Assembly: GCA_030704615.1 (NCBI GenBank)
Contig: CM060733.1
Coordinates: 30,566,001 to 30,630,000, forward strand
Source of the DNA: Takakia lepidozioides
Taxonomy: Eukaryota > Plantae > Bryophyta
Reading direction: 5' to 3'
Length of the DNA stretch: 64,000 nt
The notes under the pieces were generated by a model. The model was given only the letters and a program-made list of their open reading frames with translations. It made no database searches and was not told the DNA's origin. Shown here in pieces: positions 23,014 to 34,958 of the stretch. Every line of letters starts with the position of its first letter. Position 1 is the stretch's first letter. The translations under genes were made by a program, and so were the position numbers.

Positions 23014-26000
23014 TTGTAATTCTTCAGCTCTATCAATGGGTCACTGATTGCAGCCAAGGCCCCAGCAAGTGCTGGTAAAAGTTCATCGATCGTCAACAGC
23101 TGTGCATTCGCTTCGTAGAAAGGCTTTTGCATGTCCTTGACAAAAGAAGGAGGAAGCCCAGTCAGGATGGTGGAGTTCTCCTTAAAGATCTCTGTGAGGT
23201 TACACATCACAGTTGCCTGGATGGTTACATCCCCCACATTGATGCATATTGCCATCAACAGAACAAGTAACCGTAGAACAGCCAGCGGCAAAACCTTTGC
23301 GCAGTCAAGTTTTGCAAGGTGTAGCCAAGCTTCGAGTTGGTGCACGTCAAAGAGCAGAAATAGAATCAGATCAACCATGCGGTCTAGAGTGCCTGCAGGG
23401 TTGGAATAAGTTAGAACATGTGTATGATTATGTGCCTTGAAGCTTCTTGTTGAACGTATTAGTTAGCTCTCGGTTCCCGACTGTGCCCACATGCAATGTA
23501 CAGAATTATATCTGAATGTATATCGGATAGACCAGCGGAAAAGTTGGATTGCTCCCATAAGATGATAATAAGTCACTTGAGGGTACCCAACCTTCTTGGA
23601 CTAGATCACACACAACATCCACATCTTGCTGCATGCCAGAGAATGTGGAATGTAAGCACTGAGAAAGAGAGAAGAGCTTGGCAGGTTATCATCGCGAGTT
23701 CCACTGTGACCCCACGAGAGCAACAAATGCAGAGAGAGGACAGTACCTGTGAGGTTCTTGCAGCCCCCGGTGCATGAGCTATTCAGTAACATTGTATAGA
23801 AAGACACTTGGTGCATGCGACCCATGTGGATGAATGCTAGACTCTTTGGCAGAATCATGTCCCTCTGATGCGTGGAACATGCACTTGTGATCACCATCCC
23901 TCTCTCAAACAAGGCCAGGAATACAAAAGGAGTCTCCACTGCCCTCCAATCAAGATTGTGGAAGATTGAATTCAAAGCTCCAGTGAAAGATTTTGCAGTG
24001 GAGCTCCAGAAAGAATACTGCCACTCATCTTCCAAAAGTTGTGTGGACAGGACCCCTCTGTAAAGCCACCGGGAAGCTTTCCAAAGTTCGAACATGAAAT
24101 TGCTTGGCATGTTCTGAACTGCTTCATTGATTTTCCTGGACCACCTCCATAACTCCCAGTCCCCACTCATTGATGAAAGACATTCCAAGATCCAGCAATT
24201 TTCCCAGCCAGCAAGCATTAAGACATTTGCCCCGGCAAATTGGGAAGTAGGCTTCGGCAGCCTCCTGCCAGCATTTCGCCTCACTGAAGCAGTCTCCAGC
24301 TTCTTCCAGTTTTGGAGGAGCGCATATATCTTTATAAATATGACCTGTCAGCCAAAACCAGAGAAATTGAATCACATGCTTATATTATTGTGTCTAAGAC
24401 AGGGGGTTGACGAGCATGATTTGGGTAGAAGGTAGCAGCAGCTGACGTCTTACCTATGCTCCATCAGCAGACTCATCCCAAGTTCCTTCATTGCAATCAC
24501 AAAGCTTAGAGGAGCCATCTCCTTCTGTGTCCAAGTCTAATGTAAAGTGCAGGAAAAGAAAAAAAAACCTGGCACAATCAAAGGGTAGAGTAAAGAGTGC
24601 ATTTTGTTAGTGTGTGACATGACAACTTACCAGCTTGCTTATGATCTTGCATTTGCACAAAACATTTCGCTGCAGTTTCGGCTTTCTTTAGAGACAAGTA
24701 AATAGCAGCTGCATCACTTAGAAGGTGATGTGCTTTCTTGGTGTCTGTTACTTGCAGCCTCTCTGCGGCTTGCTGAAGGCCTGCAGCTTTAGCCCATCGA
24801 GCCCTCCATACTTCCCCTGTTCGCTCAAAGCATAGTTCTGCCACATCATAATGATGCTCATTGAACATCTGTGCGATGCGGACGATATGCATTCATCAAC
24901 CATCCTCAAACAAGTTCTCAAAAATTAACAGATGTTTGTGGCCACTGGAAGAAATTGAGCAAAGGCACTCCAACGGATTCAGACCAGAAAGTCTCCATGC
25001 ATGCTAAAGGTCTAGCTCATAAGGATGGCCGCACGAGCCTAACTAGCTATTGTCAACGTTTCATCTAGTGCCTCAGAGGGTATTTCAGATATTAAAGATT
25101 TGGTACCAATTCCTGGTACAGCTAATGTCATCTTTCTCAGTCTGAGAAATTCTACTTCAAAGTCATTTGGAACCATTTTGGTCGCACAGCCCCAAGCAGA
25201 GGTTGAGAAATTTCCTGTTCGGCTGACTAGAGCTGCCAATACCAGTGAGCGGCTGTGTCCCTTGCATTCCCCCTGCCACTACAAATGGAGACTGACAGAG
25301 ACTGCAAGGATGGTTTCCCGGGTCCTCTAGCTGACTCAATTTCCGCTCACCTCCCAGAGATGGTCACAACCTCTGCAGGTTTCTAGGGAAGTGACTGTTG
25401 ACAGAAAAACCCAAGACCTCATTACCTTAATCCCGCGTCTTCTCCAATCCTCTGCTGAGCTCTTCCCTTGCATTTCTTCAGCAAGGGAAGCATCAAAGCG
25501 CTTTGTCTGCACCACCAGGCCTGCAGCCTTCCAGTAATCTAGCATTGGCTGGTGATACTCAACACTCTCATCGAAGCCGCTGACGTGCCCGTGTCAAGAC
25601 AACATATAGCTGTTTTAACTCGCTGCACAAGAGATTGTAGCGTTTTGCATCAAAATTTGGGAACCTCTCCTGCCCAGATGGGGACGTGTGCTCGAACACG
25701 AAGGAATAAATGACTCTCCATTTGTTTACCAAAGGAGAATCGGCGAAGAAGTTATATACTAGCACATCCTGCGGCCATCATCCAGTCGAACATTACTTGC
25801 AACTTGAACCATTGGATCTTGAGGCAAAGGCCTACAATATCTAACAATTTCAATACAAAACTACTTTCTACTTCAATGTGTCTGAGGGGCATGCATAGCT
25901 GAACGAACCTTAGACTGGTGTCCCAGAATATCTGGCATTGAAATGAAGTGCTTGGTTATTCATTTCATACCTGAAACTCTAGGCCTTTGCAATCATGGAC

Positions 26001-26544
26001 GCTGAGCACTATGCTTCTCTGACCAAGCTGCTTAACCATCCGATCCTTAGTCTCCCTATTGCGGACCAGAATGACTTGTTCAGCTCCGAACTCACAGCCA
26101 CCTCCTCCAGCAGCCCCTTCTCTACTGAAGAGAGTTGTCACCAAGTCATCATTTTCCTCCCTTTCCAAAAACACAGGGGTTTCCCCATGAAGCAAGCTGC
26201 TCTCAGACTCCACTCTATCAATGGAGTTGGGGAAAAAATGGTGCAACAACTGTACAGTGCTGTCAGCGATTCTGACAATTCCCATATGGGTTCTAAAGTT
26301 TATGCTCAAATGATGGACGTCTGGGACTTTCATGTCAGCCACATTGGAATATCTTTGCCTGCATGGTTGTTTTCCTAGCCCACTTTCAGTAAGATCCCTA
26401 CTGGTATTTCCCTCAATGTCTTTCTGTTCCAAGGTTGGAGAGACATGGGCATTTGAACGGCCCACTTCTACTTCAGTCCCTGCCCTTCCCAGAAACTCCC
26501 TATAGAATAACCGCCTCATATCTTGGAATCTAAATGCAACACCT

Positions 26545-27566
26545 TGTTAGAGGACTGTAGGGGACTTAGAAACTTATACGGGATCTGTAGGGTACCCTTA
26601 ATTTTTGCACAGACTGAGACCAACAGGAGCCTTAGGGGTGACAGCAGCGCACTGTAGAGGGGGGTTACATAGCCCACACAGCCGACACAGCAGTCACAGG
26701 CCACACAGCCAACACAGCCCGTCACAGTCGTTACAGCCCACACAGCCCACACAGCCCACACAGCCCGTCACAGTCGTCACAGTCGTCACAGCAGTCACAG
26801 CCCACACAGCCGACACAGCCGACACAGCCCGTCACAGTCGTCACAGCAGACACAGCCCACACAGCCCACACAGCCAGTCACAGCCCGGCACAGCCACACA
26901 GCCAGTCACAGCCAGTCACCGCTTGACACAGCTGTCACGATAATAGGGAACGAAGAGTAGGACAGGGAACGACTGTGGGGAACAACACCTGTGAAGGGAA
27001 CATGTTAGTTCACATACGACGGTTAGAGAGGGAAACGGTTAGAACCGCGGATAGGAGGATAAAGGGAGAAACGGGGAATGAAGGATGATCATTATTCGGA
27101 GGGGGACTTCGGAGTCAGGCAGGAGCGGAGATCGGAGGCAAGAGATGGAGAGCACGATGAAGGAGGAAAGAGGATTAGTAGATGCTTGTTATATGCAAAG
27201 CGGTAGTGATATTGTAGAGCAGATTAGAGACATAATGGCTTCGGCCTGATACCTGATAAATCATAATCTGATACTTATACGATACAATCACACTGTGTAG
27301 AGAGATCTGAGAGAAGCTGTGGATTGAATGGATGAGTGAAGGAAACCGATAGATTGATGAAGCAACTGATACTTAATTATCAATGCCAAAGGTAGCTAAG
27401 ATGAATGCGAAAAGGGAAACGCATAGGAAACACCCCCATGATACACTAGCTGTAGGTCATGACTGATTGTTCTGCGCGGGCTGAGTACTTAGAGATTTCC
27501 AACTCTTCTATCTTGGAGTTTCCGCCTCGGATAGCGAAGGGATGGGTGAGTAAAAGCTGCGCGACA
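26545..27566 (+). repeat. 5' LTR (1,022 bp, TG...CA)
   Basis: Begins tgttagag, ends gctgcgcgaca immediately before the PBS; contains a CACAGCC/GTCACAG array at ~26668-26938. Confidence 0.93.
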
Positions 27567-28154
27567 TTTGGCGACCATACTGGGGACCTGGGACATGAAC
27601 AACCAGATGTGACAGGCATCTGGTGGGATCATGGTGGTTGGACCATTAAAGAATTTGAAGTGAATCAAATTCCATGTGGAACGAAGGAAGAAAGATTGTC
27701 CAAACAATTCTTTCAAAGGTTCTTGGAATTGCCAGACGGATGTAAAGAAAATATTCTTAAACGAGTGCATGATGCTGATCCAGAATGGGGTCTGGAGAAA
27801 GGAGTGATAAAGATTTATCAGGTAGCCTGTAGAGGAAGAGCACGTTGGTTACCAACATTAGTTTATGTGATAGCGTTGCTATCCATTAAACGAGTAGAGT
27901 TTGAAGGCTGGGAAGAAAGAAAGGTGAATGTTTATACTCATATGCATGAAGAGCTTGTACTGGTAAAGAATTGGATTCCAAAGGATATTTTGTGGATCAA
28001 ACTCATACCAAGAACAGCTTTTCAGACTTGTTTGCCATATGGTTATATGGTAACGGAGACTTCAAGTATAGCCAAGGGTGCATTGAAGCTTGAAAGAAAC
28101 CCAGGCATATACGAGAGATATTACAGAAGAGAGTTTTGGTTATTGCCACATTAA
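27459..28154 (+). CDS. Extra ORF upstream of gag, unknown function (231 aa)
   Basis: Uninterrupted ORF starting in U5 and crossing the PBS, ending 21 nt before the gag ATG at 28176; no recognisable motif. Confidence 0.4.
   Translation: MTDCSARAEYLEISNSSILEFPPRIAKGWVSKSCATFGDHTGDLGHEQPDVTGIWWDHGGWTIKEFEVNQIPCGTKEERLSKQFFQRFLELPDGCKENILKRVHDADPEWGLEKGVIKIYQVACRGRARWLPTLVYVIALLSIKRVEFEGWEERKVNVYTHMHEELVLVKNWIPKDILWIKLIPRTAFQTCLPYGYMVTETSSIAKGALKLERNPGIYERYYRREFWLLPH
27569..27587 (+). promoter_or_regulatory. Primer-binding site, tRNA-Arg-like
   Basis: TGGCGACCATACTGGGGAC lies 2 nt after the LTR; TGG is complementary to CCA, and TGGCGAC...CTGGGGA resembles the complement of plant tRNA-Arg 3' ends. 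Confidence 0.75.
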
Positions 28155-28175
28155 AAGAAATGAAAGACATGGGAC

Positions 28176-31100
28176 ATGAGTGATGAAAGAGAAGCTAGAC
28201 GACAAAGATATTCATCAAAAAGAGAAAGCTATCTGAAAGCTAATTATCCATATCTTTGGGAGAGAGGAATAGACATAGGGGAATCATCTGGACCTCTCAC
28301 ACCATCAAGATCAAAAAGTGCATCACCTATACCGGAAGAACTAGAGTTGGATGCCACTCCTTCTGTTTCTTTGCAAGAAAGATTAAGGGAATTGGTACAG
28401 GAAGAAGATCAATCACGAGGTGAAAGATCTGAAGTACATCCTTGGATAAAAGACTTGACATAAATCTTTGATAAGAGTTGGCATGGAACACCAAAAGCAG
28501 GAACTCCAGTTTCTGAAGCAGAAGATGAAGAAGGAGAAGAGGATGTGGCAGAGCCAACGGAGAGTTCAGACTCTCCAACACCATTACAGTTGAGTTACAT
28601 GAGTGAAGAAGAAACCCAGGGCAGAACTTGGAGGATGAAAACAGAGAGAAGAAATTGGAAGAGGAAGAATATGAAGAAGTAGACCCAACCGCTGAGGTTG
28701 AGACTACAACCAGGACATCCCAACCCGTTGGACCTGGATCAAGTGGAGCACTTGGATCACAGGCCAACGAAGGTGTCGGCTCAGGGGATCAGGCGGGCTG
28801 CCTGGATCTGGCTCTGGGGGGACAGGGAGTGTGGGAAGTAGTGCAACTGAAGCTGGGAATACTGTGAATATCGTGGGACCAGAAGCAAGGAGTGCTCAAG
28901 GGCCACCACTTGGTGGAAGATCCACCACAAAAACAACAGGTCCAGAAGGACCAGCACCAGCAAGGGTGCCAGCACCTGCCAGTGGGCAGAAGGTAGGGCC
29001 ACAGATGGCGTTACAACCAACACGGGCAAAACCACCCTTTCCAATATATTCAGGAAAAGGGGATCCCGATGTACACATTAGCCAATTTGAGCACATGTGT
29101 ATAGTGAACAATGAGAATGGCGATGATGCCAAGATGAGACTGTTTCCTTGTTCACTTATCAAAAAGCAAGTGAATGGTATGCAAGATTCCCTGATAATCA
29201 TTTCCTAACCTGGAATGGCTTGAATACAGCATTTCGAAATAGGTTCAGGACAAGTAAAACTGAGGATGAAGTATATGGAAGTTTACAACAGCTGAAGCAG
29301 AAGAAGCATGAAACTGTTGAAGAGTATATGGAGAAGATGGAATTGATGATGAAAAAGCTGGCTGCAGTACCAGCGCCCGGTTTACAGAAGACTTGGTTTG
29401 TGAGTGGATTAAGACCAGAGTTGCAAAAGAAAGTGGATATGTTACCCCATAATACAGTGGAAGAGGCATTTGAAACTGCGAACAGAATTGAGCAATTGGG
29501 AATGCTCAGGAGAGAGAAAAAAGAAGATGAGGACTCTGAGGATGAGTCAGATGAAGAAGAAGAGCAAGAACTAAAAAGAAAGAGTAAGAGAAAGGAGAAG
29601 TTGAAGAGGGATAACTATGAAAAAAAATTGGAAGAAATCTTGAAGAAGTATGCCACAGAGGCTGCAACACATTGGAGGAAGGGTGTATGGTGTGCAAAAT
29701 GCCAGAATGAAGGCCATACCACCACAGAATGCCACATGAAGGAGAAACACTGTACTATCTGTAAAATGGATAACCATTCTACTGAGAATTGTTACTACAA
29801 CAGAAGGACAGCTGCAAGAGAACCTAGGCAAGTAAGGGTGCATCAGGTGCAGCCCCAGCCAAGAAGAAATAATGATCAGGACCACTATGGTAGGTCTGGT
29901 GGTTATAACAATGGCATGGAAGGGAGAGGTAATTCAAGAGGGAATTACCAAGGGAATTCCAGAGGCAACTATCAGGGTAACCCAAGGGGGAATTACCAGC
30001 CCGGGAATCAGGATTATAGAAATAATCCAAGAACAGACCAAGGGCGAGGACCCAATGGTGAAGAGCTATGTTACTATTGTAATCAGCCAGGACATCGCAA
30101 GGCAGCCTGTTCATTCTGGATAAGACACCAGAATGAGATGAGAGCTCCTGTGAATGAGGGCCCAGTGGTGGCAGCTCACATGGTTAGGCCATGTGTTGTA
30201 CCAGAAGTAAGTACAATGATAGTAACAAGAAGTAAAGCCAAACTAATACCTCCAGTAGAAGAGGAAGAAGATGAGAATGGAAGTGGCAATGATATGCCTG
30301 AAGATGAAGAGACTTGGAAAGATGAGAGGGAACTGCACAAGGAAGTGGCAGATACTATAAGGGAAATGCAAAAGAGTACTGATATTCCTGTGGCAGATTC
30401 CTCTGATTCGGATGGAGAAAAAGAAGGGAGTGAGGAAGAAAGGAAAAAAAAAGATGCAGACATGCAAAGTAATGAAGAGACTTTGGCTGCAGTAATATGT
30501 CAGACCAAAGCAGAAATTACCATTGGACAGCTATTAGCTGTGGCACCTTATTGTAGGCACAGGCTGTATCAGGCAATCAATCGAATTGCCCAAGAAACAG
30601 GAAACACAGACCTGAACAGCAAGGTGACCAATTATAATGTGAAGCCGGAAGGGCGAGAACCAGTCATGGACTTTGATGATTCTATGCCAGTAATCCAATT
30701 GAGAATTGGAAGCACAGAACTAACTGATGTACTGATAGATGGTGGTTCTGGAGTAAATATCATGACAGACCAATTAAGGAAGAAGCTTGGTCTAAGTAAC
30801 ATGAAACCAGCCCCATTTACAGTAACAATGGCAGATCAAAGAAGTGTACAGCCATTGGGATTAATAAGAGGAGTTAAGATACAGATACAGAAAATGATCT
30901 TTATGATCACAGTAACTGTATTAAAAATGGATGAAGTCATGGAGGCTTACTCCTTATTATTGGGACGTCCATGGCTGAAACAGGCCAGGGTATTCCATGA
31001 CTGGAATTCTCAGTTACTAACTGTGCATAATGGGATGCACGAGATACAAATTACCACAAAGAAATCTAGTAGATTACCTGCTACAAGAAGACCTCGAGGA

Positions 31101-34100
31101 GTCAGAGAGTATGACTGGAGAGGAGGACTGGATGAGGAGCAGGAAGCTACCCTATTTGCTGCACACCCAGAATGGGAGCAGGTTGCGGAGATGCGGCTGG
31201 AAAGCCTAAGTTGTTTAAGAGGTATCTGCTGTGGTGTAGTGTCGGCAACACCAATTGAAGAGGAAACCAACTGTTACCCACCACATTTCTATGAAGAAAA
31301 GGAGGGAGAGATAGAAATCCTAGAAGAACCAGCCACTGTGAGCTTAAAGGATGAAGTGGTGACTGGTTGGACAATCACAGCTGATGAGCAGGTGAGAGAA
31401 GTAAATGTGGGAACTCAGGAGGAACCGAGAATGGTGAAAGTAGGAGCTGAATTGGAGCCGGAATTCTTCGAAGAAGCTAAAAGCTTGTTCATCAAATACA
31501 AAGATGTATTTGCTTGGAGCTATGAGGATCTAAAAGGGATACCACCTGAAGTCTGTCAGCATAAGATTGAACTGGAACCAGGGTCAGTACCAATCAAACA
31601 GGCGAGGTATAGAATGAATCCCAACTACGCACAGAAATGTATTTGCTTGGAGCTATGAGGATCTAAAAGGGATACCACCTGAAGTCTGTCAGCATAAGAT
31701 TGAACTGGAACCAGGGTCAGTACCAATCAAACAGGCGAGGTATAGAATGAATCCCAACTACGCACAGAAGGTTGGAGAAGAGATAAAGAAGTTGGCTGAG
31801 GCTAAGTTTATATACCCAATAGAGTATACAACTTGGTTGTCACCCATTGTTATAGTTCCAAAGAAGAATGGCAAGCTAAGAGTATGTGTGAACTATAAGA
31901 AGCTGAATGCTTGTACGAAGAAAGATCCTTTCCCTTTGCCATTCACAGAAGCAGTATTAGACACTGTGGCAGGCCATGAGATGTACTCATTCATGGATGG
32001 CTTCAGTGGTTATAATCAAGTGCAAGTGGCAGAAGAAGACCAAGGGAAAACAGCTTTCATCACAGACTGGGGGGCTTATGCATACAAAGTCATGCCCTTT
32101 GGACTTTGTAATGCACCAGCGACCTTTCAGAGAGTGATAAGTGAATCTTTTCATGAGTATCTGGATGATTTCATGCAGGTGTTTTTGGATGATTTCAGTG
32201 TGTACAGCTCTAAGAAGGAGCACTTGCATAAATTGGAGTTATGCCTGGCCAGATGCAGGATGAGAGGTCTGGGCTTGAATCCAGAGAAGTGTACTTTCTG
32301 TGTGAACTCAGGGGTGCTTCTGGGACACATTGTGTGTAAGAAGGGACTTCTTGTGGATCCCAGGAAGACAGAGTCCATTAAAATCTCTCCACCACCAGTG
32401 AATGTTAAGAGTTTAAGGAGATTCCTTGGGCAAACCAGTTATTACAGAAGATTTGTCAAAAGGTATGCACAAATAGCAGCACCATTGAGCAAGCTTCTGA
32501 AGAAAGATGCAGTGTTTGCCTGGACAGCTGAATGTCAACAGGCGTTTGAGGAACTTACACTGTCAGTAACAACTACACCTGTGCTGATTAACCCTCACTG
32601 GCATGTAGTATTTCATGTTCACTGCGATGCATCAGGAGAAGCGTTGGGTGCGGTGTTAGCCCAGAATGTTACAGGAAATATAGATTCACCTGTGTACTAT
32701 GCTAGCCGATTGATGAACAGTGCTGAGAGGAACTATAGTACAACGGAAAGAGAAGCATTGGCAATGATTTATGCAGTCAAGAAATTCAGGCATTACCTAT
32801 TGGGAAGAAAGTTTATGTTTTATGTGGATCACCAGGCTCTGATATATCTGGTGAACAAACCTTTGATAAGTGGAAGGATAGCGAGGTGGTTAATAATCTT
32901 GCATGAGTTTGAGTTCGAGGTTATTTACAAGCCTGGCCGTTTGCATCTTGTGGCAGATCATTTGTCACGACTAACAACATGAGAGGCCGCCACAGGAGTG
33001 GACGATCAGTTACCTGATGCGAGTTTATTTGTAATGGAGGTGCAAGGAAGTGCAGATGAATGGTTAGATTGGCAGTGGCCAATCAGATACTACCTTGCTC
33101 ATGGTCAGTGCCCACCTAGTTATGGTAAGGAGCAGAGGAAGAGAATTGCTATCAGAGCTTTACCTTATACTATGGTAGGAAGCAGAATGTATAAGTTAGG
33201 ACCTGATGGAGTACTAAAACGATGCTTGTACCACCATGAAGTAAATAAAGTCTTGGAGGAAGTTCATAAAGGAGTGGCTGGAGGTCATTTTGGAGAAGAG
33301 ACTACCAGTAGAAAGATACTACTCGCAGGATACTGGTGGCCTACTTTGTTCAAAGATGTACATGAGTATTGTCAGAAGTGTGATGAATGTCAGAGGCTAG
33401 GACCTTTGCAGAGATCTGGAAGAATGGCCTTGTATCCTACAATGCCTACGGAACCATTTCAGAAATGGGGACTAGACTTTGTTGGACCAATTAATTCACC
33501 ATCCAAGAATACACGAAACAGGTACATAATTACAGCCACTGATTATACTACAAAGTGGGTGGAAGCTAAAGCTTTGAGGGACAACACAGCCAAGTCCACA
33601 GCAAGGTTCCTGTACGAGAACATACTTACACGATTTGGATGTCCCTTAGAATTTATCAGTGATCAAGGAAGTCACTTCATGAATGAGACCATTGAGTTGT
33701 TGACTAAAGAGTTTATGATTGTGCATAGAAAGAGTACAACATATTACCCACAGGGTAATGGGCAGGCAGAGGCTACCAACAAAATACTATGTACTATCTT
33801 GGCTAAGATAGTCAATGCAAACAGAACGGATTGGGATACAAAGCTGCTGACAGCTTTGTGGTCATATAGGACTTCATATAAAGTCACAACTAAGTATACA
33901 CCATTCCAATTAGTTTATGGTATGGAAGCCTTACTTCCAGTGGAATTCCTGTTACCTACCATGAGAACGGAGTGGGGAAAAAGAATGGAATTGCAAGACT
34001 CCATCAAGGTCAGGAAACATGAATTATACCATGTGGAAGAAGTACGTGCTGATGCAGCTGATAATATGACCAGAATTCAGATGAAGCGAAAGGAACAGTT

Positions 34101-34658
34101 TGATGAAGGCAAGTTAAAGACTTTTAAGACGGGGATTTGGTTCTATGGTTGCAGAAGAAAGGAAAGATTCAAGCTTCTAAGCTCAAATCACCGTGGAAAG
34201 GACCTTATGTCATACAAAAGATGTATGATAACAACACCGCCATGTTACAAACCATTAACAAAGAAATGCTGGGAAGAGTGAATGCAAATAAGTTGAAGGG
34301 GTACAGTGGTATCCATGACAAACCCCTGCAGCATGATTTGCATGTTGAACCGCAAGAGCAGTCACGGGCTGCACCAGTGTTACGAACGGAGTATGGAACA
34401 CTAGTTGCTAGGCCAGCATATACGACCAGGGTGGGCAAAACAAACGTAACACAGCCTATCACAGCCCGCCAAGGCGCAACACAGCTTATCACAGCCCATC
34501 ACGACGTGATACAGCCAACCACAGCCCATCACGACGTGACACAGCCTATCACAGCCCATCACGACGCAACACAGCCTATAACAACAACAAACAGCGTGTC
34601 ACAGCCTATACAGCTTACCACAGTGCATCACAGCCTATCACAGGGTAACACAGTATGA
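28176..34658 (+). pseudogene. gag-pol polyprotein with frameshifts and a stop
   Basis: Gag FPIYSGKGDPDVHI...WY; three CCHC knuckles (CAKCQNEGHTTTEC, CTICKMDNHSTENC, CYYCNQPGHRKAAC); protease LIDGGSG; RT MPFGLCNAP and FLDD; RNase H CDAS, NYSTTEREAL; integrase H..H/C..C, GLDFVG, SDQGSHF, GQAE, WKGPY. Lesions near 28460, 28820, 29160, 31637, 32980 (TGA) and ~34110. Confidence 0.95.
31504..31769. repeat. 133-bp perfect tandem duplication frameshifting pol
   Basis: atgtatttgcttggagc...cgcacagaa starts at 31504 and 31637. Confidence 0.95.
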
Positions 34659-34687
34659 CACAGCCTGTCACAGCTCAACACAGCCTA
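34449..34687 (+). repeat. ACAGCC-based short repeats (about 30-bp units) at the integrase C-terminus
   Basis: acacagcctatcacagcccatcacgacg-like units, translated as TQPITAHHDV repeats. Confidence 0.85.
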
Positions 34688-34958
34688 CTAAAATTACACG
34701 AACCATAGAATCAGTGACAAGTGGACACATAAAAACTTCAGGAAAATGGATGACGGAAGAGGAAACGGAAATTACTTTAAAAATAGACACGTGGAGGTCA
34801 GGATGCGACACACAGCAGAGAATGAAGTGCAAGGACAGGTGTCAAAAAGAAAGAGGAAAAGAACGCCGTCAAATGGGATGAAAGGCGGGCCCATTAATGA
34901 ATACGGAAAATAGGAAAAAGAACGAACGGCAAGTACAGAAAAGCTGAATTCATGTCGC

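Noticed and set aside
26668-26938. CRISPR-like array in the short repeats
   Set aside because: No constant repeat with unique spacers, no cas genes, eukaryotic context.
26605-26943. ORFs 26605..26943, 39023..39370, 56975..57610 and 57924..58256 as genes
   Set aside because: They are translations of the stop-poor CACAGCC/GGCTGTG repeat arrays.
32980-32997. Programmed stop read-through between RNase H and integrase
   Set aside because: TGA GAG is most simply a GGA-to-TGA mutation; there is no known read-through context and the element has many other lesions.
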